Origin: Dendrobates tinctorius
Taxonomy: Eukaryota
DNA length: 64,000 nt
NCBI RefSeq assembly: GCF_039654945.1
Contig: NW_027361829.1
Coordinates: forward strand, 59,272,001-59,336,000
Reading direction: 5' to 3'
Of the stretch, positions 51,189 through 64,000 are shown piece by piece (the stretch's first letter is position 1; each line of letters starts with the position of its first letter). A model generated the notes under the pieces. It was not told the origin of the DNA. It saw nothing but the letters and a program-made list of their open reading frames with translations, and ran no database searches. The position numbers and the translations under genes are program-made.

Positions 51189-54100
51189 CCCCTTTCTGCC
51201 ATCCGACGTACTATCCCGTCCATGGGACCTGGGCCCCTATGCCCATGGACGGGATAGTACGTCGGCGCGATCAGCGGCGCCCACGTGGTGAGCGCCGCTG
51301 ATCGCGGCCGGGTGTCAGCTGATTATCACAGCTGACACCCGCCACAATGTGTCAGGGGCGGTCACGGACCGCCCCCGACACGTTATCCCTTTGCACACCG
51401 CGATCAAACATGATCGCGGTGTACCGGGGTTTAAAGGGAAGCATCGGCAGGGAGGGGGCTCCCTCCGTGCTTCCCTGAGCCCCCCACGGCAGCGCAATGT
51501 GCAGCGCTGCTGCGGGGGGCTCCTTTCCTCCAGGCCCCCGAATCCAAGATGGCGATGGGGGCCTTCGGGGGACTGAGGAAGCTGGCTTCCTCAGTGCCTG
51601 CAAAGCGCAAGCATGAGGAAGCCTTCTGCAGTGCCTGTGTCAGATCGCTGATCTGTCACAGTGATCTGTGATGTGACAGATCAGCGATCTGTCACAGGAC
51701 AGTGATGTCCCACCTGGAACTATTTAATAAAGTAAAAAAAAAAAAAAAAAAAAAGTGTTAAATAATTTAAAAAAAAAAAATCGCCAAATAAATTAGAAAA
51801 AAAAAAAAAATATTCCCCCAATAAATCCATTTTTTGGAAATAAAAAAAAAACAAAAAAAAACAATAAAAGTACACATATTAGGTATCTCCGCGTCCGTAA
51901 TGACCCGCCCTATAAAACTGTCCCATTAGTTAACCCCTTTAGTGAACCCCTTAAAAAATAAAAAACGAAGCAAAAAATAATGATTTATTATCATACCGCC
52001 AAACAAAAAAGTGTAATAACGCGCGATCAAAAAGACGCATATAAATATCCATGGTGCTGCTGAAAACATCATCTTGTCCCGCAAAAAACGAGCTGCCACA
52101 CAGCATCATCAGCGAAAAAATAAAAAAGTTATAGCTCGCAGAATAAAGCGATGCAAAAATAATTATTTTTTATATAAAATAGTTTTCATTGCATAAAACC
52201 GACAAAAACATAAAAAAACGACCTAAATGAGGTATCGCTGTAACCGTACTGACACGAAGAATAAAACCGCTTTATCAATTTTACCGCACGCGGAACGGTG
52301 TAAACGCACCCCCCCAAAAGAAATTCATGAAACGCTGGTTTTTGTTCATTCTGCGTCCCAAAAATAGGAACAAAAAGCGACCAAAAATTGTCACGTGCCC
52401 GAAAATGGTACCAATAAAAACGTCAATTCGTCCCGCAAAAAATAAGACCTCACATGACTCGGTGGGTCAAAATACGGAAAAATTATAGCTCTCAATATGT
52501 GGTGATGCAAAAACTATTTTTACAATAAAAAGAGTCTTTTAGCGTGCGACAGCTGTCAAACATAAAAATCGCCATAAATAGTAAATCAAACCCCCCGATA
52601 TCACCCCCTTAGTTAGGGAAAAATAATAACATTAAAAAAAAAGTATCTATCTCCATTTTCCCATTAGGGTTAGGGTAAGGCTGTGTGCACACGCTGCGGA
52701 TTAGGTGCGGATTCATCCGCGTGGATTTTGTAAAATCCGCAGGTGAAACCGCAGGTTTTACCTGCGGATTACTCTGCGGTTTTGTCCTGCGGTTTTTCAT
52801 CTCCTCAATAGAGGAGATGGCAAACCGCAGGAGAATCCGCAGAAAGAATTGACATGTCAATTCTTTCTGCGGATTGAAAACCGCAGATAATCCGCGCGGA
52901 AAATTCCGCACCGTCTGCACTGCGGTTTTTGATTCCCATAGGGAATCATGGTACTGTACACCGCAGCAGAAACTGCTGCGGGTCCGCAGCAGCCAAAACC
53001 GCTGCGGAACTGCAGCAAAATCCGCAGCGTGTGCACACAGTCTTAGGGTTAGGGCTAGGGTTAGGGTTAGGGCTAGGGTTAGGGCTCAGATTAGGGTTAG
53101 GGGTGTGTTGGGGTTAGGGTTGGAGTTATAATTGGGGGTTTCCACTGTTTGGGCACATCAGGGGCTCTCCAAATGCAACATGGCGTCTGATCTCAATTCC
53201 AGCCAATTCTGAGTTGAAAAAGTCAAATGGTGCTCCTTCCCTTCCAAGCTCTGCCATGCGCCCAAACAGTGTTTTACCCCCACATGTAGGGTATCAGCCT
53301 ACTCAGGACAAATTGCAAAACAATTTTTGGGGTCCAATTTCTCCTGTTACCCTTAGGAAAATAAAAAATTGGGGGCAAAAATATCATTTTTGTGGAAAAA
53401 AATGATTTTTTTATTTTCACGTCCGAGTGTTATAAACTTCTGTGAAGCACTTGGGGGTTCAAAGTGCTCACCACACATCTAGATAAGTTCCATGGGGGGT
53501 CTAGTGTCCAAAATGGGGTCACTTGTGGGGAGTTTCAATAGTTTAGGTACATCAGGGGCTCTCCAAACGCACATGACACCCGCAGACCATTCCATCAAAG
53601 TCTGCATTCCAAAACGTCACTGCTTCCCTTCCGAGCCCCGACGTGTGTCCATACAGTAGTTTTCTCCCACATATGGGGTGTCAGCGTACTCAGGCCAAAT
53701 TGGACAACAACTTTTGGAGGTCCAATTTCTCCTGTTACCCTTGGGAAAATGAAAAAATTGGGGACTAATTGATCATGTTTCTGGAAAAAATACGATTTTT
53801 TTATTTTCATGCCCTGGCATTATAAACTTCTGTGAAGCCCTTGGGGGTTCAAAGTGCTCACCTCACATCTAGATAAGTTCCTTAGTGGGTCTAGTTTTCA
53901 AAAAGGGGTCATTTGTGGGGATTTCCACTGTTTAGGTACATTAGGGGCTCTCCAAAGGCAACATGACACCCGCAGACCATTCCATCAAAGTCTGCATTCC
54001 AAAACGTCACTACTTCCCTTCCGAGCCCCGACGTGTGCCCATACAGTAGTTTTCTCCCACATATGGGGTATCAGCATACTCAGGACAAATTGGACAACAA

Positions 54101-56318
54101 CTTTTGGGGTCCAATTTCTCCTGGTACCCTTGGGAAAATAAAAAAATGGTGACTAAAAGATCATGTTTGTGGAAAAAATACGAATTTTTTATTTTCAAGC
54201 CCGGGCGTTATAAACTTCTGTGAAGCACTGGGGGGTTCAAAGTGCTTACCACACATCTAGATAAGTTCCTTGGGGGGTCTAGTTTTCAAAATGGGGTTAT
54301 TTGTGGGGGGTTTCCACTGTTTAGGTACATTAGGGGCTCTCCAAAGGCAACATGACACCCGCAGACCATTCCATCAAAGTCTGCATTCCAAAACGTCACT
54401 ACTTCCCTTCCGAGCCCCGACGTGTGCCCATACAGTAGTTTTCTCCCACATATGGGGTATCAGCATACTCAGGACAAATTGGACAACAACTTTTGGGGTC
54501 CAATTTCTCCTGGTACCCTTGGGAAAATAAAAAAATGGTGACTAAAAGATCATGTTTGTGGAAAAAATACAAATTTTTTATTTTCCTTCCCGGGCATTAT
54601 AAACTTCTGTGAAGCACTGGGGGGGTCAAAGTGCTCACCACACATCTAGATAAGTTCCTTAGGGGGTCTAGTTTCCAAAATAGTGTCATTTGTGGGGGGT
54701 TTCCACTGTTTTGGTACATCAGGAGTTTTCCAAACGCGACATGGTGTCCGATCTCAATTCCAGCCAAAAACGTCAAATGGCGCTGCTTCCCTTCCGAGCT
54801 CTGCCATGCGCCCAAATAGTGGTTTACCCCCACATGTGGGGTATCAGCGTACTCAGGACAAATTGCACAATAACTTTTAGGGTCCTGTTACCCTTGGAAA
54901 GATAAGAATTGAGGGTGAAAAGATCATTTTTTTGGAAAAAATATGATTTTTTAATTGTATGGCTTTATGTTATAAACTTCTGTGAAGCCCATGGGGGTTC
55001 AAAGTTCTCACCAAACATCTAGATAAGTTCCTTAGGGGGTCTAGTTTCCAAAATGGTGTCATTTGTGGGGGGTTTCCACTGTTTTGGTACATCAGGGGTT
55101 TTCCAAACGCGACATGGTGTCCGATCTCAATTCCAGCCAAAAACGTCAAATGGCGCTGCTTCCCTTCCGAGCTCTGCCATGCGCCCAAATAGTGGTTTAC
55201 CCCCACATGTGGGGTATCAGCGTACTCAGGACAAATTGCACAATAACTTTTAGGGTCCTGTTACCCTTGGGAAAATAAAAATTGGGGTGAAAAGATCATT
55301 TTTGTGGAAAAAATATGATTTTTTAATTGTACCGCTGTACGTTATAAACTTCTGTAAAGCCCTTGTGGGTTCAAAGTTCTCACCACATATCTAGATAAGT
55401 TCCTTGGGGGGTCTAGTTTCCAAAATGGGGTCACTTGTAGGGGGTTTCCACTAATTAGGTACATCAGGGACTCTCCAAACGTGACATAGCGTCCAATCTG
55501 AATTCCAGCCAATTTTGCATTGAAAAAGTCAAACGGCGCTCCTTCCATTCTGAGCTCTGCCATGCACCGAAACAGTGGTTCTCCCCCACATATCAGGTAT
55601 CTGCGTACTCAGGACAAATTGCACAATAACTTTTGCAGTCCAATTTCTCCTGTTACCCTTGGTAAAATAAAAAAAATTGAACCTGAAGTATTTTTTTTAT
55701 GAAAAAAAGTTAGATGTTCATTTTTTTTTTAAATATTCAAAAAAATTCCTGTGACGCACCTAAAGGGTTAATAAACTTCTTGAATGTGGTTTTGAGCACT
55801 TTAAGGGGTGCAGTTTTTAGAATGGTGTCACTTTTGGGTATTTTCTATCATATAGACCCCTCAAAGTGGCTTCAAATGTGATGTGGTCCTAAAAATAAAA
55901 TGGTGTTGTAAAAATGAGAAATCGCTGGTCAACTTTTAACCCTTATAACTTCCAAACAAAAAAAAATTTTGGTTCCAAAATTGTGCTGTGAATTGTGCTA
56001 AACATGTGGGAAATGTTAGATATCAAGTTTTTTGTGTGCCGTATCTCTGTGATCTAAGGGCATAAAAATAAAAAGTTGGAAAATTGCGAAATTTTCAAAA
56101 TTTTCGCCAAATTTCCGTTTTTCTCACAAATAAACGCAAGTTATTTGAATGAAATTTTACCACTAACATGAAGTACAATATGTCACGAGAAAACAATGTC
56201 AGAATCACCGGGATCCATGGAAGCGTTCCAGAGTTATGACCTCATAAAGGTACAGTGTCAGAATTGTAAAAATTGGCCCGGTCATGAACGTGCAAACCAC
56301 CCTTGGGGGTGAATGGGG
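51189..56318 (+). mobile_element. TTAA element copy 3 (5.1 kb)
   Basis: TTAA at 51185-51188 and 56319-56322; ~7 tandem units at 53130-55860; TTAGGG tract interrupted by a MITE. Confidence 0.9.
52679..53042. mobile_element. Harbinger MITE inserted in the telomere-like tract
   Basis: taa|ggctgtgtgcacacgctgcgg ... ccgcagcgtgtgcacacagtc|tta; absent from copies 1 and 2. Confidence 0.88.
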
Positions 56319-57336
56319 TTAATGGAAAATTGAGTGGAAGGAAAAAGTGTGTTAGGAAAAGGTGCACAAGCAACCGGGACAACCGCAGCCTTGAATGGAT
56401 TGTTAAGAAAAGACTATTCAAAAATTTTGGGGAGATTCCCAAGGAGTGGACTGCTGATGGAGTCATTGCTTCAAGAGCCACCACACACAGATGCATCAAG
56501 GACATGGGCTAAAAGTGTCACATTCCATGTGTCAAGCCACTCATGACCAATAGACATTGCCAGAAGCGTCTTACCTGGGCCAAGGAGAAAAAGAACTGGA
56601 CTATTGATCAGTGGTCCAAGGTGTTGTTTTCAGATGAAAGTAAACTTTGCATTTCATTTGGAAAGCAAGGTACCAGAGTCTGCAGAAAGAGTAGAAAGGC
56701 ACACAATCCAAGCTGCTTGAGGTATAGTGTGAATTTTCCATAATCAGTGTTGATTTCTGGAGCAATGTCATCTGCTGCTCTAGGTCCACTGTGTTTTACC
56801 AAGACCTAAGTCAGTGCAGCCATCTACCAGGAAATTTTAGACCTTTTCATGCTTCCCTCTGCCGACAAGCTTTTTGGAGATGGAAATTTCATTCCCCAGC
56901 AGGACTTGGCATCTGTCCACAATGCCAAAAGTACCTATACCTGGTTTAAAGACAACAATATCACTGTGCTTGATTGGACAGCAAACTCGCCTGACCTTAA
57001 CCCCATAGAGAATCAATGGGGTATTGTCAAGAGGAAGAAGAGAGACACCAGACCCAACAATGCAGACCAGCTAAAGGATGTTATCAAATCAACCTGGGTT
57101 TACATAACACCTCAGCTGATCGCCTCTATGGCATGCCACATTGATGCAGTAATTGATGCAAAAGGAGCCCCAACCAAGTACTGAGTGCATTTACTGAACA
57201 TAAATTTCAGTAGGCCAACATTTTGGATTTTAACATCATTTTTCAAGCTGGTGTTATAAAATATTCTAAATTACTGAGATAATTTTGACTTTTGGGTTTT
57301 CTTTGGCTGTAAGCAATAATCATCAATATTAACATC

Positions 57337-57447
57337 AATTATTATTGTTATTTATTCATATAGCGCCATTAATTCCATGGTGCTGTACATGAGAAGGGAG
57401 GTTACATAAAAAGTTATATTGTTAACAGTAAACAAATTTACAATGAA
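57337..57447 (-). mobile_element. Short L2-type LINE/SINE 3' tail
   Basis: ttattattgttatttattcatatagcgcca... resembles the V-SINE tail at 30188; interrupts the Tc1 right TIR region. Confidence 0.55.
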
Positions 57448-57794
57448 TAAACATTTGAAATAGATCACTCTGTATTAAATGACTATATATGAGTTTCACT
57501 TTTGGTTTTGAAAAACTGAAATAAATTAATTTTTTGATGATATTCTAATTTTGTGAGAAGCACCTGTATTAGGTGGTTAAGAGATACATGTTCTAAGGTA
57601 GGCATTGGGTAGCGTTCACACAGACAACGTGGTCTAGTGCAAATATGTGCTCTCATAAAACTCAGAGGTTCAAAACCAAAACAGAAAATAAATACTTAAT
57701 TTAGCAGGGCACCTATATGTCAATATGGGCTTCCAAGTACAGATTACAGTCCATTCTCCTGGATCAAACTTTATGCACAGAATGGGAGCGGTCC

Positions 57795-58690
57795 TGTGGT
57801 AGGGGCCAGGATTGGGGGGTGGTCCACTGCTTACCGCGACCAGACGATGCAAAGACGAGACTGAGGCAGATTCCAATTTTAACAAGTCTGAGTTTATTGG
57901 CCGTCCTCCTGACGACCGTAGCCACACACCACAGCAACTTTACAGCTCTCTGTATCCAGGCCCGGGTACCTTCACCTTTCCTTCAGTCGTGGTGACATTC
58001 CTCGCGGATCTTTCGCTGGGGCTGTCCTAGACCAATCTACTGCCAGCGCTTCACCTGCCCGAGGACGTCGTCCAATCGGTACCCCCGGGGCCTCATCTGT
58101 CCTGCAGTATGTCATGTCAGGGCCACCCCCCTGACTGTCTTCTCCTGTCAGTCCCTTGGTTGAGCTCTCCACCGTCATCAGTCTTATGTTGTGAGTCTCT
58201 CCACCTGAGCTCCTCCCGGGACTAACCTAACCTGGAACCCTGTCCTGTCCTATTTATCCCCTCTCTCACTGGGAATTTCCCTCCTGGGTTCCTATCTCCC
58301 CGCCCCCCATGACTAAGCAGTTTCTATAGCCATAAACTGATGTCAAGTCCTGAACTACACTCCCCCCTGCCTTCTTGTCTTCAAATTTCGGTACTGCACT
58401 CCCTTTTCTATCTTTCCCTGCTGTTACCTTTCAGTCATTGCCAATCTCCGTCTATCGTGCACAAACCGTCCCCTCCTACTTCCAGTCAAGTCTGTCCATC
58501 AAGTCACCTTCCCCACAGTCCTACCAGTCTCATTATCACCCTCAGCCTGAGCTCTAACTATACCGAGTGCCAAACAGAAGTGTTGAAATTCAGGCACAGT
58601 TCCCATTGTACAGTATGCAGTTTCCACACGGTTCATTGCAGCTTCAACACACAGACTGCTCAGCTTTCCTAGCTGACCTGAGCAGTCTCC
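57795..58690 (-). mobile_element. Truncated LTR retroelement: 3' LTR 57795-58359 plus PPT and internal remnant
   Basis: Minus strand: PPT gaaggcaggggggag, then TGTAGT...ACCACA; ataaata at ~58255 and AATAAA at ~57895. Confidence 0.65.
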
Positions 58691-59432
58691 ATTGAGAGAA
58701 AGACCCTGGCATGTCTATTTCAGCTATCTTTCATATTTTGGCTGGTCATTCACCAGAAGTACTAAATTCTGGTCAACATCGAAAAAACAGACATAACTAG
58801 GGAACACAGGTCTTGGTTCTTAGTCAAAGCTAGTCTGCTGCCCACTTATCTCAAAGAAAACAAGGTAAGTGGCAGACATGTATGATCATCGGATTTGCTG
58901 ACAAACAATTGATGAGCACTCCCATACATTTTACAGTGTCAACAAAACTTGCCGATATCGATGGTTGTGGCTGAAATTAGTGTAATGTGCATGGAGAATC
59001 ATAGTAATAATACACTCACAAGAGATAAGACAAGAGGGAAGTGAGAAACAAGGCTAAGGACAGAAACCAGAAAAGTACAAGTAAAATACAAACTATGTAA
59101 AAAGGTCAACAGGGGCATGGTCAGAAACAAAGTTGAGGTCATGAACAGAAATAGGATCTATAGCAATAGTGATATCACATAACAGGAATAGGCCAGAAAG
59201 ACTCTAATCATCAGTTGTTGTCTATTGGGATGCCTAGTTTCTTCTTGTCATGATCTTCCTCTTATCTCAACACAATGACAGCAGCTAGATGTGGGAGAAG
59301 ACAAGATAGATGTATCTAGTAGACAGGGAACTAAATACATATATCATCTAGAATAATGGCCAAATATCAAGACACAGTGGACAAGGGCTGCTGGTGTTCG
59401 GGTTTTTCTGCCATTCCAGATTTTAACATTTA

Positions 59433-59839
59433 GGCTGGATTCACAATTCCGCACAATAGAGCCGAAGTGTTATGCAATACTGCATAACACTCAGCCCAGT
59501 GTTACTCCACCACATCAGCGATCGGCATACGAGAACAATTGCAGCATGCTGCAATTGGCAACGAGACTTGGCTCACTCGCACCCATATAAGTCTATGGGT
59601 GTAAGTGACAACACACAGCACTCGAATATCACCCGAGTGTGGTTTGATATATGCCGACGTCGGCAGTAGAGGAGATGGGATAAATTTTCTCTGTCTCCTC
59701 CGCAGCTGTGCTGCGATCCTCCCTGTGCGAGAGGATCGAAGCACAGTAGCATGACACTTGGTTCCCACTCACAGCAAAGTAGGAGCCGAGGGTCATTAGC
59801 TTATTGCATTGGATGTGATATGCTGGTGTGACTCCATCC
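59433..59839. mobile_element. Harbinger-type MITE
   Basis: tta|ggctggattcaca ... tgtgactccatcc|tta. Confidence 0.75.
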
Positions 59840-59842
59840 TTA

Positions 59843-60311
59843 GGGTCCCGTCACACCAAACGATGTACCAGCGATCCTGACAACGATACGACCTGGTCAG
59901 GATCGCTGGTGCATCGCTACATGATTGCTGGTGAGCTGCCAAACAGGCAGACACACCAGCGATCAGGACCAGCGAGGACACTTGTATCCAAGGTAAATAT
60001 CGGGTAACTAAGAGCGCAATAGTTACTTACCCGATATTTACCTTGGATACCATCTCCCAGCATCTGCTTACAGCGTTGGCAGCTCACTGATTGTTGGTCT
60101 CCCGCTGCCACACGCAGCAATGCATGCTGGCCAGCGGGAGACCAACGATCAAAATATGGCCCAGGTCATTCCTGCACGATCAGCAATACCCGACGGCGGG
60201 GGGGGGGGGGTCACTGATACGTGTCACACACAGCGAGATCGCTGGCGAGATCGCTGAAGCGTCACAAAATCAGCGATCTCGCTAGCAATCTCACTATGTG
60301 TGATAGGCCCT
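59843..60311. mobile_element. Harbinger-type MITE inserted at the TTA of the previous MITE
   Basis: tta|gggtcccgtcacac ... gtgtgataggccct|tta; similar to 49785-50150. Confidence 0.75.
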
Positions 60312-60364
60312 TTAGACTGCATATTTTTAGTAACTACTCTGTAATCCCATTTCCACTACACATA

Positions 60365-60574
60365 CAGTGGGTACAGAAAGTATTCAGACCCCTTTAAATT
60401 TTTCACTCTGTTTCATTGCAACCATTTGGTAAATTAAAAAAAGTTCATTTCATTTTTTTCTCATTAATGTACACTCTGCACCCCATCTTGACTGAAAAAA
60501 ACAGAAATGTAGAAATTTTTGCAAATTTATTAAAAAAGAAAAACTGAACTATCACATGGTGATGGTACCCACTG
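60365..60574. mobile_element. 210-bp internally deleted derivative of the 28735 Tc1 family
   Basis: ta|cagtgggtacagaaagtattcagacccc... left TIR fused to gtacccactg|ta. Confidence 0.85.
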
Positions 60575-62189
60575 TAGGTAATAATCATCTACTTTTCTAC
60601 CACTTTATTCAATGTAGGGTGTATTTTGCATGTGCAAATAACTGAAAATCCACAGACACATGAATATACTTGTTATCAGTTGTGTTATGTGGTCCTAGAA
60701 ATATTCAAAACTATATCCGCTTTCGTGTACAAGTACACCGTTATTTCCAAAGAAAATGATTAATATTTTGCCATATTACTACCCAGTGGAATGGTTTAAC
60801 ACTAATATTATTTAACCTCACCCAGAATTATGAATATAAAGCAGATTTGTTCTGAATAATTATCATTACAGAATAAAGTGGCATATTATTTTGTCACCAT
60901 TTGGAAATGCCACCATTTAACTTTAGTTCTGTTTTTAAATTTGATTTATGATGAAAAACAAGATAAAGTATTTACTGAAAGGAACATTATCTAACTAATG
61001 AAGGGTGAAAGATGAATGGAAATTAAGGGATATTAAATGCATAGTTATGCAAATTGGACTCCGTTAATAAAATTAACAAGGGACTACTTCATATATTTTG
61101 ATGCAGAATGGGAATATGTGTATTATATTTACTGCTATGTTTGGAAAAGTCTTTTCTTAATTTTAAAGGATAGAAATTGTGTAGTCAGCAAAAATATAAT
61201 CTTTTTCATAATGATGGGAAAAAAAAAGACACAAAGTCAAAGTATGGTTTAAAGACCCGAACAGCCCATATCCCAAACATTTTACATACTCATGAGGAGA
61301 TCAAAAGGGTCTTTTGGTCCGCTTTTACCTCCTTCATGATGTTGAAATTTACCATTGTTGTGCTTTTGTTTTTTTCTTCCCCTTCTTCCAGGATCCACAA
61401 CTTTTTTATTTTTCCATCAACATAGCTGTATGTGGCCTTGTGTTTTGTGGGGCGAGTTGTCCTTTTGAATGACACCATTGATTTTACCATATGGTGTAAT
61501 GGAAAATGGGAAAAAATCCAAGTGCTGTGAAATTGCCTAACAGTTGTAAATACACAATGTGTTTTGGTTTTTTTTATTTCCTATGTTCACTATATGGTAA
61601 AACAGACATAGCAATAGGATCCCCCAGGTCAGTATGAGTACACTGATTCCAAACATATTTGTTTTTATTTAAGTAGTGAAAAAAAATTCTTCTAAGAAAA
61701 AATAATTCCTCTTAGGGTGCCATTTTCCAAGACCCGTACCATTTTCATTTTTCGGGACTCGGGGCTGGGTGATGGGCTTATTTTTTGTGCCCTGAGCTGA
61801 TGTTTTTATTGATTCCAATATGGTGTAGATCACCTCTTATTTCATTTTATTGTAATGTTGCGGCAGACATAAAATGCAATCCTGGCATTTTAATTTTTTT
61901 CTCGTTGAGCAGTTTACCGATTGGTTTAATTTTTTTTATATTTTGATAGATCGGACATTTCTGAAAGCAGCAATAACAAAAATGTGTATTTATAATTTTC
62001 AATGGAGCAAAATGGGGATGATTTGATGATTTGAATTTTTTTCTTTTTTCATATTTTTAAAAACTTCTATCACACTTTTTAGTGACATCAATAGTCCCTT
62101 TAAGAGACTTGAAGCTGTGATTGTCTACTCACTTCTGCTATACATAGCAGTGCATCAGCTCTGCTATGTATAGCAAAAATCACGATAAA

Positions 62190-63700
62190 TGCGCCAATGG
62201 GCAGGATTTGTGATGTGCTTCCAGCTGGCGGGATAAAAGCTACCAAAAGATAAAGTGAAAAATGCAATATTAGCTCACTCAATCTAATTGACACAGACTG
62301 TAACAAAAGGTGTCTGTATAAATCTCACAACAGACGAGACGTATATACGTGTGACTATTCCAAGTCCCAGAATTTGAAAGACCAGACAAAAAATACCTTT
62401 GGTCAAAGAAAAAGGAAACTATGAACAAACACTGCCAATGAACCACTTTCTTGTTGGAGGTTATAATGTTACAATTTTCTAAGTCAGAAAAAGAAACAAC
62501 CTCTGCCCTGTGTGGGTTATCAAGAAAAATTAATGTTCATGCACCTTATAAAGACGTCATAAAAGAAATCCATTAGCACAGATAGTAAATGTGAAAAATG
62601 GAGTGATCTCACCAAAAATGTATAGAAGTGGTCCGCTGCCAATTCACCCTATTTTGCCCTGTCAGAGCTAGCATATCCTGATCCCCATGACTCCTGCCCT
62701 TACAAGGGAAGTCCACATCTGACCCTCAAATGAAGCTCTATTATGTCCCTGTGCATCCCGACACGTTTCGTCACTAAGTGACTCTTCAGGGGACCTATTA
62801 GCACTGAATGGGCATACTGAATAGAATTGAGACTGCACGGGCTACCTCCTCTGATTACAATGGGGTAAAACAAACCCGATATAAGGGCCTTTAAATAAAC
62901 TGCCAATCACAAAGCTGACACCCACCTGTGTCTGGTTGAAACGCATGCCATCCACCCATGCACGCCTTGGAACGCATCACGTGTCTCTTCGGGCATCCAT
63001 ACCGGAAGAAAAAGGTCCATTTGTCAATGACCACCATACCACCTCCTTAGTATCAGCCCGGAAGTGTATGTAACTGACACACAGGATCAGGCTGGAATGC
63101 AAAATAAAGATGGCCACGATACTTCCAGTATCAATGGGACGCAAAACCAATATGGTTATGCGCACTGAAATAAAGAGTGCGCCAAAATTATTGTCCAACT
63201 TCAGGACAGTGCAGCCTTAATATGAGTCCCTACACAATGCTGATACAACAAATTAGATCCAGACACTATACCATCATAATATCGAATCCGTACCAGGTTT
63301 ATGTTATTCCAAACATAATGCAATGACTGCAAATTGCAAAAAGATTTGTTAACCCATAAGACCTAGAAATGAAAATATCTATAGGTGGGTGATAGTACAA
63401 AAACAGAAACTAAAAATAAAAATGGTAGCTGAAAACGATAAACTAGGTATAGGCTAGGTAGCTTTTATCACTTCTTAACATTAAAAGTTATGTTTTAAAT
63501 TTATCTCTATTGCTGACCTTTTACATATGTGAGAGATTTGTAGTTTTCCTATCCACTTGTTGCTGTTTTTTTCCATCATACTTTATTAGTCAAGTATTTT
63601 TTACCCTTTGCGACTGCATATCTAAATTAGGATATTGGGCCATATGCTTTTTACTGCTTATTATTTTGTCTACATAACATTTTATATTACTTCAATATTT
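62190..63700 (-). mobile_element. Penelope-like remnant
   Basis: Carries the hammerhead at 62755-62794; boundaries approximate; no RT ORF seen. Confidence 0.45.
62755..62794 (-). ncRNA. Minimal type-I hammerhead ribozyme, in TPK1 sense orientation
   Basis: Minus strand: gtccc CTGAAGA gtcac tta gtgac GAAA cgtg TC gggat; stems I and II intact, GUC triplet. Confidence 0.85.
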
Positions 63701-63718
63701 TATTCTAAGATCTATTAA

Positions 63719-64000
63719 CCCCTTAATGTCTATGGACGCGCACAGTCCGTCATGGCAGGATGTAACTTCCCACACCAGGACGGACTCTGAAAGTCCTGCC
63801 TTTGAACTGTCACTGCTTGTAAACAATCAGTTTCAGTTCAGTGCTGACAGCTGTCAGGCACGGCAAGGGGGGCAGGGACCTAGTTAACCCCTTCAGTGAA
63901 CACCATAAAAAAAAAACACAAAAAAGTAGCAAATTATACTTTTTCCAAGTGGTATCGTCATACCGCTTGGAAAAAGTGCAATAACACGCAATCAAAATGA
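63719..64000 (+). mobile_element. Left end of another TTAA/CCCC element
   Basis: ttaa|ccccttaatg; internal block tagttaaccccttcagtgaac shared with copies 1-3. Confidence 0.65.

Larger units (their letters stand above)
50330..57566 (+). mobile_element. Tc1-like transposon relic hosting nested insertions
   Basis: ta|caggtgctt ... aagcacctg|ta. Transposase GCSQSAESKHIN|GKLSGRKK is split at the TTAA; [27 protein letters not shown]. Confidence 0.9.

Overview
Eukaryotic vertebrate DNA; the repeat landscape points to a frog (inference). The window lies inside the thiamine pyrophosphokinase gene TPK1 on the minus strand. Two coding exons are visible (20111-20183, 73 nt; 1213-1308, 96 nt), separated by an 18.8-kb intron. 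No further TPK1 exon was recognised in the upstream 43.8 kb. Most of the rest is transposon-derived and often nested. It includes a full-length but decayed chromodomain Ty3/Gypsy (Tf1/sushi-type) LTR element with an intact 11-nt self-priming signal, and several solo LTRs. There are three copies of a 3-5 kb non-autonomous TTAA/CCCC (piggyBac-like) element with ordered ~370-390 bp tandem arrays and telomere-like repeats. Also present are a two-gene PIF/Harbinger element (intron-containing MADF gene plus transposase), four Tc1 relics, many Harbinger, hAT, T2 and pogo-type MITEs, a V-SINE, and Penelope-like fragments with minimal hammerhead ribozymes. A 494-nt exon+intron monomer is inserted as a 1.5x tandem with an inverted head. 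Nearly all other ORFs in the track are spurious.
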